This document shows positions 63,008 to 64,000 of a stretch of DNA of 64,000 nt, piece by piece (position 1 is the stretch's first letter; every line of letters starts with the position of its first letter). The position numbers and the translations under genes were made by a program. This DNA comes from Octopus vulgaris (lineage: Eukaryota), in contig OX597826.1 of assembly GCA_951406725.2 (NCBI GenBank), forward strand, positions 18,476,001 to 18,540,000, in the 5' to 3' direction. The notes under the pieces were generated by a model. It made no database searches, had not been told where the DNA came from, and saw nothing but the letters and a program-made list of their open reading frames with translations.

Positions 63008-63150
63008 GTATGTATATGTATATATATGTATATGTAAATATATGCATATATATATGTATATGTAAATATATGCATATATATATGTATATACATGTGTGTG
63101 TGTATATATATTTGTGTATATGTATATATATATATATATGTGTGTGTGTG

Positions 63151-63204
<54 letters not shown>

Positions 63205-63362
63205 CATATATATGTACATATATATGTACATATATATGTACATATATATGTACATATATATATGTACATATATATATATATATATATACATATATATATA
63301 CATATATATATACATATATATATACATATATATATACATATATATGTACATATATATGTACA
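62935..63362. repeat. (TA)n/(TACATATATATG)n microsatellite field
   Basis: Seen directly. Confidence 0.95.
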
Positions 63363-63483
63363 TGAGGGTTTCGAATGTCCTGTCCGTGTTTATTGTGTCG
63401 TCTTCTAAGAGTTATACGTTCTTGTCCATGTTGTATTTTTCTACATACCTTAATATATATATATATATATATATATGTACATA

Positions 63484-63770
63484 GGCCATCAGATGTTGCT
63501 ACACATAGCTGATCACAATGCGCTTCACATTGTTTTAGCCTTCAAATGATGCCACCCCGCTGGCTAAGCGAGCAGGCCAACAGAAGAAAGAGTGAGAGAA
63601 AGTTGAGGTGAAAGAGTACAGCATGGATCGCCACTACCCCCTGCCAGAGCCCCGTGGAACTCTAGGTGTTTTTGCTCAATAAACACTCACAATGCCTGGT
63701 CTGGGAATTCAAATCTCAATCCTACGACCACGAGTCTGCTGCTCTAACCACTGGGCCATTGTGCCACCAC
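63484..63770 (-). mobile_element. tRNA-derived SINE, family C
   Basis: The minus strand begins GGTGGCACAATGGCCCAGTGGTTAGAGCAGCAGACTCGTGGTC (A box, tRNA-like arm), with a decayed B box TTTGAATTCCC, followed by a non-tRNA body. Confidence 0.75.
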
Positions 63771-63806
<36 letters not shown>

Positions 63807-64000
63807 GCATATATATATATGTATATATATATATGTGTATACATATGTGTGTGTAACTATATATATAGATAGATATACGTGTGTGTGTGTGTATATATAG
63901 ACACCTTCTTCTGCTCTCTGACCCCACGCCCAGCTACCAACAGACTATGTCCTCCACTATCCATGACCTCATCTCCTCACCAACACCACCCTCCTCACCG

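Noticed and set aside
63690-63770. tRNA gene (also the heads at 20417, 33342 and 58349)
   Set aside because: Decayed B box or acceptor stem, and continuation into a SINE body, mark these as SINE heads.

Overview
AT-rich eukaryotic DNA, dense in (TA)n/(CA)n microsatellites. The SINE, mariner, RTE, Tx1 and Penelope repeat content suggests an octopus or other coleoid cephalopod genome (inference, no search run). One gene is well supported. It lies on the minus strand and has its whole CDS in one exon (ATG 12179, stop 10542, 545 aa). It encodes a compact N-terminal alpha-beta-beta module I cannot name, a disordered linker and four C2H2/C2HC zinc fingers. Its probable first exon lies about 19 kb upstream in a CpG-enriched region near 31.1 kb. 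The rest is mostly intron or intergenic DNA: three decayed mariner elements, piggyBac/hAT/Tc1-type MITEs, Penelope-like, RTE and L1/Tx1 remnants, and three tRNA-derived SINE families. The most interesting signals are: (1) the N-terminal module of the zinc-finger protein; (2) a recurring class of fold-back inserts in (TA)n tracts, the largest carrying decayed hammerhead cores; (3) a GC-rich, multi-hairpin RTE-derived element bracketed by inverted SINE tails; (4) a local duplicate captured between long inverted repeats near 62 kb. All coordinates were read by eye and repeat boundaries are approximate.
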